Source: Girardia tigrina
Lineage: Eukaryota
Length of the DNA: 51,429 bases
Direction of reading: 5' to 3'
NCBI GenBank assembly: GCA_001938485.1
Contig: MQRK01236875.1
Span: 14,134 to 65,562 of the forward strand
Shown: piece by piece, positions 27,481-41,516 of the stretch
Layout: each line of letters opens with the position of its first letter
Position numbering within the stretch: position 1 is the first letter of the stretch
Made by a program: the position numbers and the translations under genes
The notes under the pieces: generated by a model
What the model was told of the DNA's origin: nothing
The model's database searches: none
The model's input: the letters and a program-made list of their open reading frames with translations, nothing else

Positions 27481-28427
27481 TCTTAATAATGATACAATGG
27501 TACATAAAAATATAAAATATAAAAGTACATAATATAATTATATCATGATATTTATATTATTTATATTTTAATTTAATTGAAATTAACGAAAGATTTCACT
27601 TTTGTATATTTAATGAGGATTTGATCTAAAATAGTTATTTTCGAGTTTCATTCGCAAAACAACTTCTTTCACAGACGACGTTTCTATTCTTATTTTATTT
27701 ATTAAAATAAATAAATAATTTAATAAAATATTTATTTTTACTTTTCATTAAGTTTGTAAACAAATAATTATTTATTAATTATTTAATAAATATTAATAAA
27801 TATTAAAAAATGTGGACAAAATAAAATTTCATTATTTATTTTGGATTTGAGAGTTAATAAGATAATTTTATTTTGTTTGAATTGCTTTTAAATAAAATCA
27901 GTTTTAATCTGATTTTAATCCGATCAGTGTATTTTGAAGCTTTCAATAAAATTGTTCTTTTTATTGTCAAGTTTGTTTTGTAAAATAAATTTTAAAATGG
28001 AATTAGTTTGCTGTTTAAGTGATCTTGCAGAACTTTTGTAACGTTTGTCACGTTATGATCGTTGAAGCAGAAATACTTCAAATACTTCTGGATATCTTCT
28101 TTCGTTAATTATTTATCAATTTTAATTGGTTTTCCATATGATTGTCAATATTATTGTATTTTTCATTAATTATGTATAATTTCTTTGCTAAGTATTATTA
28201 AATAAATTTTACTTTATAACCTTTAATAATCTTTTGTTTGTAGAAGTTATTTGTTTGGTTAATTCGTGTAGAAGTAACAATATCCACACGTCCTTTGTGG
28301 CATATAAAACACACGGAAGGTCGCTCAGTCATACAAAAGATATTGCTTATCGTGTAAATCAATTTTTTGCAAAAAATAGTGATAATGTTCCAGATTCGCC
28401 GGAAGTTATATTTATAAATAAATACAC

Positions 28428-28458
<31 letters not shown>

Positions 28459-29326
28459 TTAAGATTAGAAATTTAGAAAAACAATAAGGTTCAATTTAAT
28501 GAAGGATCATTGAATTTAACTAAATAATTTTATATTTATTATAAATTTAGCCAAATTAATGTGTTTTAAATTGCATGTAATGTGATTGAGCAGAAATTTT
28601 CAAAGTTTAAAGAAAGTTGCGTTCACTTCACTTGTAAAGAAATGAAAGTTATTATTAAAAAAGACTTATGTTTTCTGACATTGCAAGTCAATCATTTCTT
28701 TTTGTTTTTCGATTCTCTTCCGTTAAGTTATAGTTTTTCTGATTGATGAATTATCGAAAGGGTAAAATGTCCAAACTCGCGGTCATATGATCCGAATGTT
28801 TATTTCGGTAAAGATAGACAAGTAAACAGAGACAAGTGCATTAAAGGTATCAAAAGAGAAAGTCCAACGGCCGTCCCTAGGGCTTGAAATTATGATTGTG
28901 CTCCATCTCGACTTACAGGAACGGCTGTTGTTGTACAGCATCATACAGGCACGTTCACGCGCACATAAACTAAAAAATACGTTAGAGCAATGTATTTCAA
29001 CCTTTTTACAGGATCCAAATCCCACGGAAACATTCCTCTAGGTCGAGGAATCCATGTGCAATAATTTATTATCTTATTGTTGTATAAATCTGAAGAATTA
29101 TAAAATTAATAAAAGTCAATCAGCATTAATATTTATTATATAACATATTATTGAAACAAATATAAATTGTTTTTAAATATTTTTAGTTTTTTTTATTTTT
29201 TAAAATATATTATCATAAATGATAATATAACACTAATGCAGAAAACAACATTTTTTCCATTCTTTTTATTATCTTACTTTCTATACATACATTTTTATAA
29301 ACATTTCTATATATACTTTCTATATA

Positions 29327-30695
29327 TACATAGGTTTGCCTCATAATTTTTGTCGAAAACAAGACAAAAAACACGAAAATACAATAAAATATAAAATATA
29401 AAGAATATTTGATCAATCGTCTACGTCATGAAAATGCAAAAAGTAGTCGAAATTGTGCTCAATACATCTCAGACAACGTCCAGGGAGGCTGCGTATCCCA
29501 TTTTGGAAAAAAATCACTCGGTTTCTTGTGAAACCAATGAATAAGATTTTCATTGATATCAATGACACCGACATAATTCTATCCTCTAAGTGCACATTTC
29601 ATTGGAGAGAATAGATAGCAGTCAGATGGTGAGAGATCGGGGCAGTATGATTGATGTGGTAGTACAGTGAATCCAAGAGCATTCAGCTTGTCATTGGTCT
29701 TAGCAGCCGTATTCGGATGAGCATTATCGTGGAGATAATGAACATTGTGGTTTCCTCCATTAAGCAACCGTCTGCGCCTCTACTGAACGGCGATAATGAG
29801 ACGATCCAGCTGAGTAGAGTAGACATCCGCATTGATTGTAGCATTTAGAGGTATGATATCTAACAAGAACAGTTCTTTACTGTCCCGAAAGACGGAGGCG
29901 AGATGTTTTTGGTTTGTCAGTCTTTGTGCTGGTGTTGGAAAAGTGTTTTCATGCTATTTTTTCCATTGTTGAAAGCACATTTATTGTCCCAGTACACTCA
30001 TATCTCATTGCAGATGATGATTTGGGACAGGAAATCATTCCAGTGATAACTATCCAATAGCTTTTGACAAATTCTTTTGCGATTATCCTTGTTCTGTTGC
30101 GTCAGAAAGTGTGGCACTCAGCAATTTTCCAGGTATAGGTATCCCATTGCATTCAAGTGCCGGCATACCGTGGTTTTATCCTGATCAATTCCCTCTACAA
30201 TGTTCCTCGTTGTTGCACGCTTGTCTTCAGTCAGAAACTTGATTATCTTCTCGTCTATGTCAAGAGAGGGCCGCCATTCGCGTACTTGATAGTCTGTGTT
30301 AAAGTTATTTTCACAAAAATTGGAAATCCACCTTTCACACGTTTTCTTTGAGACTGTTCGAACTCCAAAGGCCGTGGTAATTTTGTCAGTCATCTGTGAG
30401 GGTGGTACATCCCTTTTTCAGCAATATTAATTAATTTACGAATATCAGAGCAATTAAAGTTCATTGCGATGAAGAAAGTGTGCGAAATTTACGAAAATGC
30501 TATTATTTTATTAAAAAAAATTCAATTGGAACAGAAAATAATTATTATTGGACATAAGTAAATCGCAAATGCTATTTTATCTAATTTACATTTTATTAGG
30601 GATTGCAAATATATAAGAATTATTTATGTGATGGAAGGATATCTGCAGTTAACATCGATATATATGTGCGACAAAACTTATGAGGCAACCATATA
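29327..30695 (-). mobile_element. Full-length degenerate mariner
   Basis: TIRs ..GGTTTGCCTCATAATTTTTGTCG / CGACAAAACTTATGAGGCAACC; motifs *VPH, HDNAHPNTA, YCPDLSPSD. Confidence 0.93.
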
Positions 30696-31701
30696 TATAT
30701 CCATGGAATTTAGAAACCTATTTTTGAAGACCTTTTACTCAATCAATTTTCTACAAAATTTGCACACTTACTCATCCTCAATAACAATAAATGATTATGT
30801 AAAAATTTGATCGGAAACAAACTTTTAAAGATCCAAAAATGGGAAAAAAACGGAAAATTCGAAGTTGCTGAACTATATTAATTGCAAGATATTTACTTAA
30901 GAATTATAAGTAGTTTATATTAATTTTTATTGCGTTTTTTAACTAAAATTTTAAATTTTAAAAACTTTGTTTGCAAAGAAAAGTTCTTTCTGCATAAAGA
31001 ATAGATATGAAGAATTTAAATTTTTGATTTACTAGTTTAAAAATGAAATACAAATATATATGTTCAAAGTATTGCACATGTTAGTTAATGAAATTAAAAC
31101 AAAGTTGTACATGTTTGAATAAACTAAATTTATTCTTATCAAAAACTCAGAGGGAAATCTGAGCTTTGTGTTTTTTTGCACACCTCTAAAATTCTGTCGT
31201 GTTTTTGGCAGACACACAAAGTTCATCTTTCACAAACAGCAATTGTGTTTGTTTCTTGTGTTTTGATGGTTATCAGAGTTGAAAATCCAAAATCACCCAA
31301 ATATGAAGTTGAAAATTACACGAGACGTCACAGACCTTTATTCGATCGAATTGCTGTAAGATGAGCTGGACAAAGAGGTAAGGAAATTGCTTCAAACTAG
31401 CGAATCTCATTTGTGGTAATGTCTACAGAGGGCATGATAACGATTGCGACGAGAAAGACTTAATTAATTAGTTGCAGGAATGACCAAAATTTGTGAGGCT
31501 TTCATCAAATGAAAAGACCAACATATTGATGAAAAATGGATGGATTGACTTTTTCGTTGTTTTTGTATTAATATATTATGTTTCTTAATAATTGATTTTG
31601 ATAATTTAAATCCAAATAAATAAGTTATACAAATAGGTATGAGTACGATAGTTACTGTGATAAATACAAAAAAGTCGATGAGTCTAAACGTTTGCAGAGG
31701 A

Positions 31702-31762
<61 letters not shown>

Positions 31763-33012
31763 GTTGTGGTTTTTTTGTTATCAGAGTAATTATTTTGATA
31801 GAATGACAATGTTTAAAACATTTCATTAGAATATTATATAAAAATAAAACATTTTACGTTAACCTCAAATAAATGATAATTTTATATCAAAAAATAAATA
31901 ATACAAATAATTAAAAAAATTTGATCAATTTTCTTACAGCACTTTGTAAGGAAAATTAATACACTTACTTAATGTTAATTAAATAATTAATTTAATCGGT
32001 TCAATTATGAAACGTAGATTTTGATTTTTAAATTGTATATTTTAATTAACATATAAATTAATATTGAAATAAAAATTTGATACTTCTCATAAATACAATG
32101 ATTATTGTGGAAATTATTTCATGAGCCATTAAGAAGTGTCAGATTGCCCATGTCCCTTTACAATATAGGATCAATTTACCAATTCAATTATTTTACTTCT
32201 CTTCTTTTATAATTTTATGTAGAAAAATACTTGTTTCTAGGTTAAAAAATGCAAAAATCATTATTTAAATTTTTGGTAACTGTGATGAATATTTTGAATG
32301 TTAGATGTTTTGTGTTTGAATGTGTATGTTGATTTGGAATTGTGTCTATCCTACCCAGATGGATGATTAATATTTGAATTCTTATTATCTAAAAATATGT
32401 TATGTTTAAATTTAATTTTAATTTCAAATAATTTTACAATTTTAAATAAGTTAATTAGTTTTTACAATTTTAAATAAATAAATCAAATTAATATTTTTTA
32501 AATAATTAATCATCATTTTAATTTCTATCCAATAAGTTTTTAGTAAATATTTTATTAAAATATTTATTTCTCCATTTACTAAAAAAATAATGAGAATTAA
32601 TTCATTAATCAATTTAGTTTAGAATGCACTCGTACGAAAGCTTTGACAAAGATTGTCTTAGGACAATCAAAATTGTTGTTTAAATAGAAATATGAAAAGT
32701 CAAATTGGTGTTCTTAATAGTAATTAAATATTAAAATAAATTGAAATAATCTCCGTAAAATTTATAAAAGTTTGTACCATAAATGTTTTTTCAAAATAAT
32801 AATAATAATAATGAGAGAAAATTAAATATTAAAAAATATATTTACAATTATTTTTTAATAATTTGTTTAAATTGTTTTTTGTATATTAATAATAAATATT
32901 TCAAAACATTTCTTACTTTTAATTTAAAATGGAAGAAAATAATTTATCTGGAAATCGACGCAGTTAAAAACAGTTAATAAAAAAATATACAAAATATATA
33001 GTACATTGTAGT

Positions 33013-34678
33013 TATGGGTTCCAATCATGGTATCCCGGACCCAAAAAGGTGACCCAAAATTCCGGGATTATTGACCATAAATCACTGGATTACTGGTTTC
33101 GGTGATATGGCTTTCACAATTTTTTTATGAAAACTACTTTTAAAAATTACTTTCAATCTTAGTAATATTTAAAATTATTTTTTATCAAAAAAAGGTAAAA
33201 AATTATTTTTTATTCTTACTAACTTATACCCAAAAAGGGTAGTAAATATTTTTTGGTTATAAGCTTGTAGCTTAATAAGATTTAAAAGTAATTTTTTAAT
33301 AAAATATGCTAAAAATTTACTTTTAATTCTTAATAAGGTACAAGCTTATAACTAAAAAGGGGTTTTAAATATTTTATAGTTATAAGCATGAGCTTAGTAA
33401 GAATTAAAAGTAATTTTTAGCATTTTTTTATTAAAAATTTTCCTAAAAATAAAAAAAGCCTTTTTTTTAAACCATTTTTTAATTTTTAAAACCTTTAAGA
33501 AATATTTTAAGTCACAATCTCAAGTAATTTCCAAATGATAGATAAAAGAAGTGATGAAGAAAGCTCGAGAAGTTGTAAAATTATTTAAATGATCACCACA
33601 GAAGTACGATATTTTATTTAATTACATATGACAAGAGAATAACATGACAATCAATGTGTCTCTGATTCTAGATTGCAGAACACGTTGGGTTAGTTTAGTT
33701 AACATAATGGAGAGACTGCTAATTGTAAAGTCACCTGTTTAAATAGCTCTGATTGATGTAAATGCGAGCGTCTGTTTGACTGATGAAGATTTTGAAATCA
33801 TGATGAAAATCTTTTCTACACTGAAACTATTTTAGATAGCTATGACAGCTATCTGCAGAAGCGATGCTACAATTTTGACTTCAGAAGCCATAATAAATTT
33901 TCTTCAAGATGATCTGCAAGCACATTTTCTTAGTGAAGAGTTTCTCGAATCTCTTCACAAGTGAATTTTATAATTGTGGTACAATGATGCATCAGTGTAC
34001 TTCAATATCTGGACAACTCGCAAGCACAGTTAGCAAAAAACAGATGGTAAAAGATATTTGCATAAAACTACTGATGCGTCTTAAACCATTGCAAGAAGAA
34101 AATGGTGAAGTACAAAATTTGAAAGGGAATACTCACATTCCTCGGAGTTTAATAGAACGAAATGAGTCATTACCATCGAATTACCATCTTACAATTGAGT
34201 ACCGAACACAAGAAGTTATTGCGGCTGTCTTTTCAAATTGAGTTACAATATATACAACAGAGCCGGGATCTTATTCAAGTTTGATTAATTATGAGATTAA
34301 TATTGCAGTTCAGTCAACAAACAAGGGCCCAATTTAGAGGGTGTATATCAATATTTATTGACAATTCCTCCTACGTCTGTGGAATCGAAAGAGTCCTCTC
34401 TTCGGCTGGTAACCTATGCAATAAGATCCGCTCCAATAACACTCTTGAAAATTATCTTTTCTATGCTTAAATTTTTCGCGATTATAATTCCTTTGGTCAC
34501 AAATAAATATTATTTATTAGATTTTTTATCCAATTATAAATTTATTATTTTCGATTAAATATTTTAATATTATTTGTTCGTTTTTTATGGTAAAAATAAA
34601 CTTATCAAAATGTAATCTTTATCTCAAAATTTCCCGGGATCTCGGGATCATAAATATGCTCCGGGATTAAAACCCCTG
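33013..34678 (+). mobile_element. Deleted hAT transposon
   Basis: Perfect 8-bp TSD ATTGTAGT at both ends; CCGGGAT subterminal repeats; LILDCRTRW and LTIPPTSVES motifs. Confidence 0.93.
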
Positions 34679-34965
34679 ATTGTAGTGATTAAAATTTATA
34701 TCAATATTTACAAATAAATGCATTAAAATCACATATTCTTATTTATAACAAAAAGTTAGTAATACTTAATGTTCCTTATACTCCACAAAATATCGAAACC
34801 GAAAATAATAATGTCAAAAAATAATTTTTGTTATTTGTGATAATTGAACAATTTGTTTTACTGATTTTTTTATGTTTAATAATAAATTTAAATTTCACTT
34901 TCTGTTCACCATTTTTAATTATTAAGATATTTCGGTTTTTTTAAAGCCCCGTTTGATTTGTCATT

Positions 34966-37430
34966 TGTAAAAATAGTGGATTCTCCGATTTTTACAGATC
35001 CACTATTTTTACTATAAAAAAATTATCCAACCAGGTTAACTGAACTAAGTGTTTGTTCAGTGAATCTGTTTGAATTTTTCAAAAAGAATTAGGTAAACGA
35101 ATAAACAATAGTTATGAATTTTGATTTCAACTATAAACGATTTAATTTCCACCAAAAATTACTCACAAGATATGTATAGACAAATTCTAAAATTTCGATG
35201 ACTAGTCAAATAGTTAATTTCTCAAAGGAGTTGAACTGATACTGACAATGTAGATACAGATATTTTGGTCATTGAATAAAAGTCTGTCCAAACGCTACGC
35301 AAGGAATTGATAATTGATGATACTTTTAATGACAAATTGCACAACAAAATCAAACGTCTTGTTCTTTCGCAATTTTTTAAGAGAATTGCAAAATATCTAC
35401 ATTAAATCAACCGAGCATCCCAATCATTGGGAACACAGAAAACAAGAACACAAGGTGATTCGCTATGCACCAAAAATGTGTCGCGGCCGCACACTCACAC
35501 TGACCACGAATAGTGGCGTCAACAGTCAAAGTACAAACAACAAACAATAACATGATAAATACACAAATATACCAATTTCAATATACACATATGCGACACG
35601 ATATGTTTGGTGTTGTGAAGTAGTGGGTACACTACATTAGCCCCCCTATCGATAAGTGGAACGTTAAAATGAATTAGCAAAATATTTTTTTTCGTATCTT
35701 CTTTGTACGTCGTTGTCGAGTAGAAGGAACTCTGTTTCGTTTAATGGTTTTTGTGAGCAGAATCTGATTCTTTTAATGTTAACCTGGGTAGATGTATGAT
35801 TTATTTCTAGAATGAAGGAGTTCTTCTTTTCTTCGACAATTTTATATGGACCATCTAATGTGTTATTTGTTGTGTCCCTGACTAATGCCAAAATATGATT
35901 GTATAGGTATGCATTTGTTTCTTGTCGATGGACACTATTTCCAGTCATTGTGTTAATGTCGTGGTACGCTTCAGTTATTTCTAAGTTTTGTTTTGGTTTG
36001 AAAATAATTTCTTCGTTTTCAATGTATGGATCATTGGGGGTCCGTTTTTCTGTGATTACATGCCCTGGATTTTGAATTGTTTTGTTTAAGTTTGTGACTT
36101 GTTTCCCTTCAGTATTTTCGGTTTGTGAATGATTATTTCTGTATATTCTGATTGGTATATGTTGAGTTTGAATTTCTCTATCGATGGTTTGTTGTTGTAA
36201 TGCTATTGTTTGGATCTGCATTTCACTGTCCGAAGTATTTGTCTGTGGATTGTTTTAAATTGTTTGAGTTTCTCTTTTTTTAAACAATGTGGTGTTCGTT
36301 GTTTGGATTTCCATATCATTTGATTTGTTTGGGATCTGTTTTTCTTCCGTTTCTTTTGATTCTTCAATTTGAGCTATCTCTGTATTGTTTCTTATGTAGT
36401 TGGTTTTTGGTGTGTATTATTTACTTCCTTTGTTGTTTTTGTTATTTCTGCTATTTTGTTCGTAAAATAGTTTTTTTATTTTTGAATTGTAGAAAGTACG
36501 TGTTTTGAGTCTAATTATAAACGGTGTTTGATTAAAAGTACATGGATATTGGCACTTGCACGCTTTATCCTTAAATGTCTTGTGATACCAACAAATACCA
36601 TTGTATTCTTTCAAAAATAACTTTGAACTTTGTTTATCATGTTTTTCTGCATTTTTTGTAAGGTTTTCTGGTTAAGTTCTTTTATTTGTATTTTTAATTC
36701 TGTAATTTCTTTTTTAGGGATTTAATTTCCTGTTCAATGTTATTGATTTTCTGAATTAGGTAGCTTAATAATTGGAGTTTACCGTGATTATTCTGATATT
36801 TATCGTTTGTTTCTTTAATATTTGTTTCCTTTTCGCGTATCTTAAATTTTGTTTCCTTGTAAGGTTGTGTTGGGTTTTTAAATTGAACAATGAATTGGTT
36901 TATGTAATTTCTTGTTTTGTTTGATATATCTACTTGTTTGTGTAGAGTAGTTTTAAATTTGTATGGATGCATTTTAGATGTGTAGATGTATGAAATGTGA
37001 ATGTGTTTGGTCTCGATTATGGAGGTGAGTTGTGTGTTTTTCACTTCTGACACCAATTTGTAAAAATAGTGGATTCTCCGATTTTTACAGATCCACTATT
37101 TTTACTATAAAAAAATTATCCAACCAGGTTAACTGAACTAAGTGTTTGTTCAGTGAATCTGCTTGAATCTTTCAAAAAGAATTAGGTAAACGAATAAACA
37201 ATAGTTATGAATTTTGATTTCAACTATAAACGATTTAATTTCCACCAAAAATTACTCACAAGATCACACAGATATGTATAGACAAATTCTAAAATTTCGA
37301 TGACTAGTCAAATAGTTAATTTCTCAAAGGAGTTGAACTGATACTGACAATGTAGATACAGATATTTTGATGATTGAATAAAAGTCTGTCCAAACGCTAC
37401 GCAAGGAATTGATAATTGATAATTGATACA
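34966..37430 (-). mobile_element. Non-autonomous gypsy-type LTR element
   Basis: About 360-bp direct repeats (34966-35323, 37059-37430); PBS TGGTGTCAGAAGTG; PPT AGGGGGG followed after 4 nt by TG at 35636; gag CWYH..F...A.KC..PC.F motif and integrase GPY tail; no PR/RT/RH seen. Confidence 0.9.
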
Positions 37431-37816
37431 GAAACAAAGCTGGGAGGTGATTCCATATAATAATCCACCAAAATCGAGAAATGATCAATCATTGCCTTAT
37501 TAAACTATTATATAAATTCTTGATTTTTGTATTGCCAATTTTAATTTTTGGCAATCATAAATTGGAGGATGTATTTGTTTAAAAATAATCGATGGATGGG
37601 TGTGTAGAAAATGTCAAACTTAGTAAACGTTATTATTTCCATACCCTCACTAATACAATCACGACAATAAATGATGTTCATAAGAGAATCAAATTTGTTA
37701 GTTACACTGACATTATCTTCGATGATGGTTGATTCTGGATTAGAAATCTTAATTTTACACAAAAATTTATTAGTGAAAATAATACACAAATTGGAAGAAA
37801 TATCATACATAATCAT
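37431..37816 (-). CDS. Candidate host exon, weakly UBR E3-ligase-like, reading through TAA/TAG
   Basis: The 91-aa standard ORF continues in frame as FMIAKN*NWQYKNQEFI**FNKAMIDHFSILVDYYMESP with no TGA. FYTPIHRLF resembles the UBR FH.PLHR motif (tentative). Confidence 0.45.
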
Positions 37817-38364
37817 ACATAATCATTTTGTAAAAATCCATTAATAAATTTTCTTTAAAATCAAATTTCTACTTTTGTATAAATTTATTAAACTTTCACT
37901 ATGAAAATTTATCTCTGAATTTTACTAATTTTGTTAAAAAATAATTAACTTAACTTTTAGTAAATATTTTTTTATAAATACATCGGTTTTAATTAATCTA
38001 AACGTTTTAACTTACGATTTTTGTTTATTTTAATTATTATACAATTTTTAGTTTTTTTTAAAAAAATCTTTTTTTTTCCTTTTTATTTAAACTTTATGTA
38101 TTTTTTATGTTTTATGTAATTATTTAATTTTTGTTAAATTTTTAAATTTAAAATTTTTATAAATTATTTGATGAATTGAAAATTTTAACTCTTCATAGAG
38201 TCAATGAAAAATATTTCGTAAAATAATATAGATTTTTTCACCATAAATCAAAACGAATCTAACAGCCCTGGTAAAGATTTAATGTTACCATAATAGGGAT
38301 AGCTGTACTTACAATCTGTCAACAAATAAATAATAAATAAAAAGGAATATATATATATATAAAA

Positions 38365-38407
<43 letters not shown>

Positions 38408-39120
38408 TAAAGAATTAATTAATATAAACAAATAACAAAACAAATATTTTTAGAAGATAATTAGTTCTAAAATACAAACTCCACCTGAAGTCTGTTTTAA
38501 ATGTTTTAGTTTAATTAATTCATTTATTAAGCTGATTAATTCCTATGTCAAAAGGTTGGTCTAATTAAATCCCATTTGTTCAATTCTCGACAGTATTGCA
38601 CTGTGTACATTACTTTATTTCAGACTCAGACTCCAATAGGGAAAATTTCGCAAACGAAGTCAGAACCCGGCGTCAATTGTCGCAGATCGGACATTTGCTG
38701 ACCGTAGCTCTGGTTATTCTGGCGTCATTCAATAATAAAACATTTATGAAAACAATCAGCCAGTTTGGGATATTAAAACAGTTGCTATGGTTCTTGATGG
38801 AACACTTGATGTATTAGATAACCTTCTAGTAGTGACAAATATGGTTTTCCACTGTTCTTTGGTTGTTTCCTTTTAATTTTGATTAATGAGTGGAAAATTT
38901 GTCAAACAATGACCGGTGTATTTACGAGATATTTCTGGAAATGTGGTAAAACTGATATTAATTTTAGTATTTGATAATATTAATGTTCAAAAATATTTGA
39001 TTAATATTTTTTTTCTATTTTATTTTTTTATTTTAGAATTTATTGTATTTTTATCTAATTTTTTAATCCGTTTTTGAAAATGTTTTTTATTTAATCCATT
39101 ATGAACCAACCCCGATTTAA

Positions 39121-39598
39121 TTCTGGATACGTACTATCGTCTAAAAAGATCTGCCCGAGTAATTGGATTACCACAAAGAATACGTTACCATGGAGTATGA
39201 GCACGAAATAATTCGAGGATATGTATCTATCGAGAGCTGGTTGGACGTCATGTCCGACCAATGATAAATCTCCTACTTTGTCTCACGGGCAAATCTCGAA
39301 TCTCCTTGTAATAGGCTCAAAATTTACACACGCTCAAAAAAATCGTATTATTAAAGCAAACATATTTCCTTAAAATTGATTTAATTATTAAGGGGAATAT
39401 TCATCAAATTATTTAGATAATAATTGCGAGGAACCAACGAAATTGTGGACAGTAAAATGATCAAATAAAATTGGATTAGAACAGGTGGAAATCAGGCGTC
39501 GAATTCCGCGGGGAAAATGTAAACCAAATCATTGGGCACTACAGTATCTTAATAAGTTAATGCTTATTTTATTCGATTCAAGTTGCTACGTACGGAAG
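39121..39598 (+). CDS. Candidate host exon with many in-frame TAA
   Basis: FWIRTIV*KDLPE*LDYHKEYVTMEYEHEIIRGYVSIESWLDVMSDQ**ISYF...KLI*LLRGIFIKLFR**LRGTNEIVDSKMIK*NWIRTGG...TTVS**VNAYFIRFKLLRTE. One TGA at 39262. Confidence 0.35.
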
Positions 39599-39603
39599 GT
39601 GCA

Positions 39604-40945
39604 CAGGGGCGTAGCCAGGACTTCATTTCGGAGGGATATTGATGAACATGACACAATTTCTGTCATACTCTCACACACACACTGACATTGTTAAGGATTT
39701 TTTTGTCCTGTTAAATAGCATTTCCACATTGTTTATTTTTTAGCAAGAATGAAGAGTCTGGACATAAAAACTACAGTGTATTCTACCTAAATTGTAAGGA
39801 ATAAAGAATTTAATAAAGATAAGAAGAGCTAAATTTATATTAAAAAGTTCAGTCGTCGTTGGTATAGGCAAAACTTTTCTGTGAAAGCACATTTTTTTCT
39901 AGAAATCTCTCAAAAGATAAACTGGATATTATTTTCACGAAGTTGTCTTTTAACGTTGTAGAGATATACATTGTAAATAGTCGTCTTAATCTTCTGAAGT
40001 AATAATCTTAATAATCTTAAAAACTTTTCCAGTATATATCAGCACTGACTGAAACATCCAACTGAATTTTACAGCATCACCCGACCACTTAGTCGGTTTT
40101 TATTCATGTTACTTCTCGTATTTGTTTTCATTCGAGTCAGAGAGGAAAATTTTCTTTCTTCTGTAGGAGTTATCACTCAAAGAATGAGAAAAATTCGTTG
40201 AAGTGTTTTAATATTTGGAAAATAGCGGATATCGCATTGACAAAAAAAGCTTCCAACGCTGTCACTGGCTGGTCTTTGGGGAGACACTGAACTTACATTT
40301 CAAAGTATATCCAAAACTCTGATGGCAATTGATACTTATCGACAGAGGTTTCAATTGGTCAAGATTTTCAAAGTTGCTCTGTGAAAGCACATTTTTTTCT
40401 AGAAATCTCTCAAAAGATAAACTGGATATTATTTTCATGAAGTTGTCTTTTAACGTTGTAGAGATATACATTGTAAATAGTCGTCTTAATCTTCTGAAGT
40501 AATAATCTTAATAATCTTCTGAAGATGAGAACTATTATGAAAATCCATTAACAGTGCGCTGAATAGTCCTGGAAATCGAGATTCTAACGTGATCTGAAAA
40601 AAAGTCCAAAAAGCTAAAAGTCCATCAGGTTCTGAGAAGATCTTATGCAAAGTTTCTTGACAATGCAGAAGAGTATGCTAGAAACGAATTTAATGTGAGC
40701 AACCTATGCTGCTAGATTTTGGGTTTGGGATTTTAAGGTTTTTGGTAGTCGAATAGTTAACGAGGAGTCATCTTTGGCAACAAGTAATGATATTACGAAG
40801 AAGCTTTTCTCTACAACAGACTTTTTTATAGAATATTTTTTTAGTATATTTAGTAAATATTAGTAAATTTTTTAGTTGGGAAAATGTTTTAAAAATATTT
40901 AGGGGGGAATTAATCATCTCTATCCCTCTCTTTGCTACGCCCCTG
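39604..40945 (-). mobile_element. Deleted hAT element with a 141-bp internal duplication
   Basis: TIRs CAGGGGCGTAGC / GCTACGCCCCTG; dimerisation-like ERKFSSLTRMKTNTRSNM; 39878-40018 repeated at 40378-40518. Confidence 0.88.
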
Positions 40946-41087
40946 AAGTTGTGTATTTGACTTATCTTTTATTTTCAAATGAAAATCGATCTGTAGGGGT
41001 TAAAACAGAAAGTTTTATAATCAAAATAATTTTTACATAATTTATTAAAAAGTAAAATAAAAAATATTGAACGATTTCGGGCATTAC

Positions 41088-41516
41088 CGAATAATGACAG
41101 ATAATTCTTGTAGATGTAATTTTCACGATTGCAATCTGATGTTTCCTAAAGTGCTCTTGTAGCTAAAATGATTTATTAATTTAATAAGGCAAAAGTATCT
41201 TTGCGAAAGAGAATGAGAGAAAACTTAATCGTTTTTTGACATTTTTGGGTGTATAAAACCGACTGAATGGTATTTGAAAATTCTTTTCCTTCGCAATCAC
41301 ACTTTAAATTACCAGTTTTGATTTTTATCATTTTTCCTAAAAGATATTCTAAGAAAAGTGTTAAGAAGGAATTTTCATCAAAGTAAATGAAAAATGAGTA
41401 CCTTTGGTCGAACAACAATATTTCGAAACGATAATATGCATTGTAAGATTTATTGTTACCTACTGGTTCGTTACAAGGTTTAATAAGGGTATCAGAATGC
41501 CCAAAAGTAACTTAGG
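41088..41516 (-). CDS. Candidate host exon of unknown function reading through TAA/TAG
   Basis: Runs from acceptor TTATTAG| to donor |GTAATG, about 143 codons, four TAR and no TGA: *VTFGHSDTLIKPCNEP...FRKDTFALLN**IILATRAL*ETSDCNRENYIYKNYLSLF. Confidence 0.55.

Noticed and set aside
2690-38404. (TA)n tracts and YIYIYI ORFs (e.g. 2690, 4816, 31705, 38368)
   Set aside because: Ordinary microsatellites.
38596-38882. TAR-readthrough exon at 38624-38882
   Set aside because: A different frame is open under the standard code (38596-38817), so it is not diagnostic.
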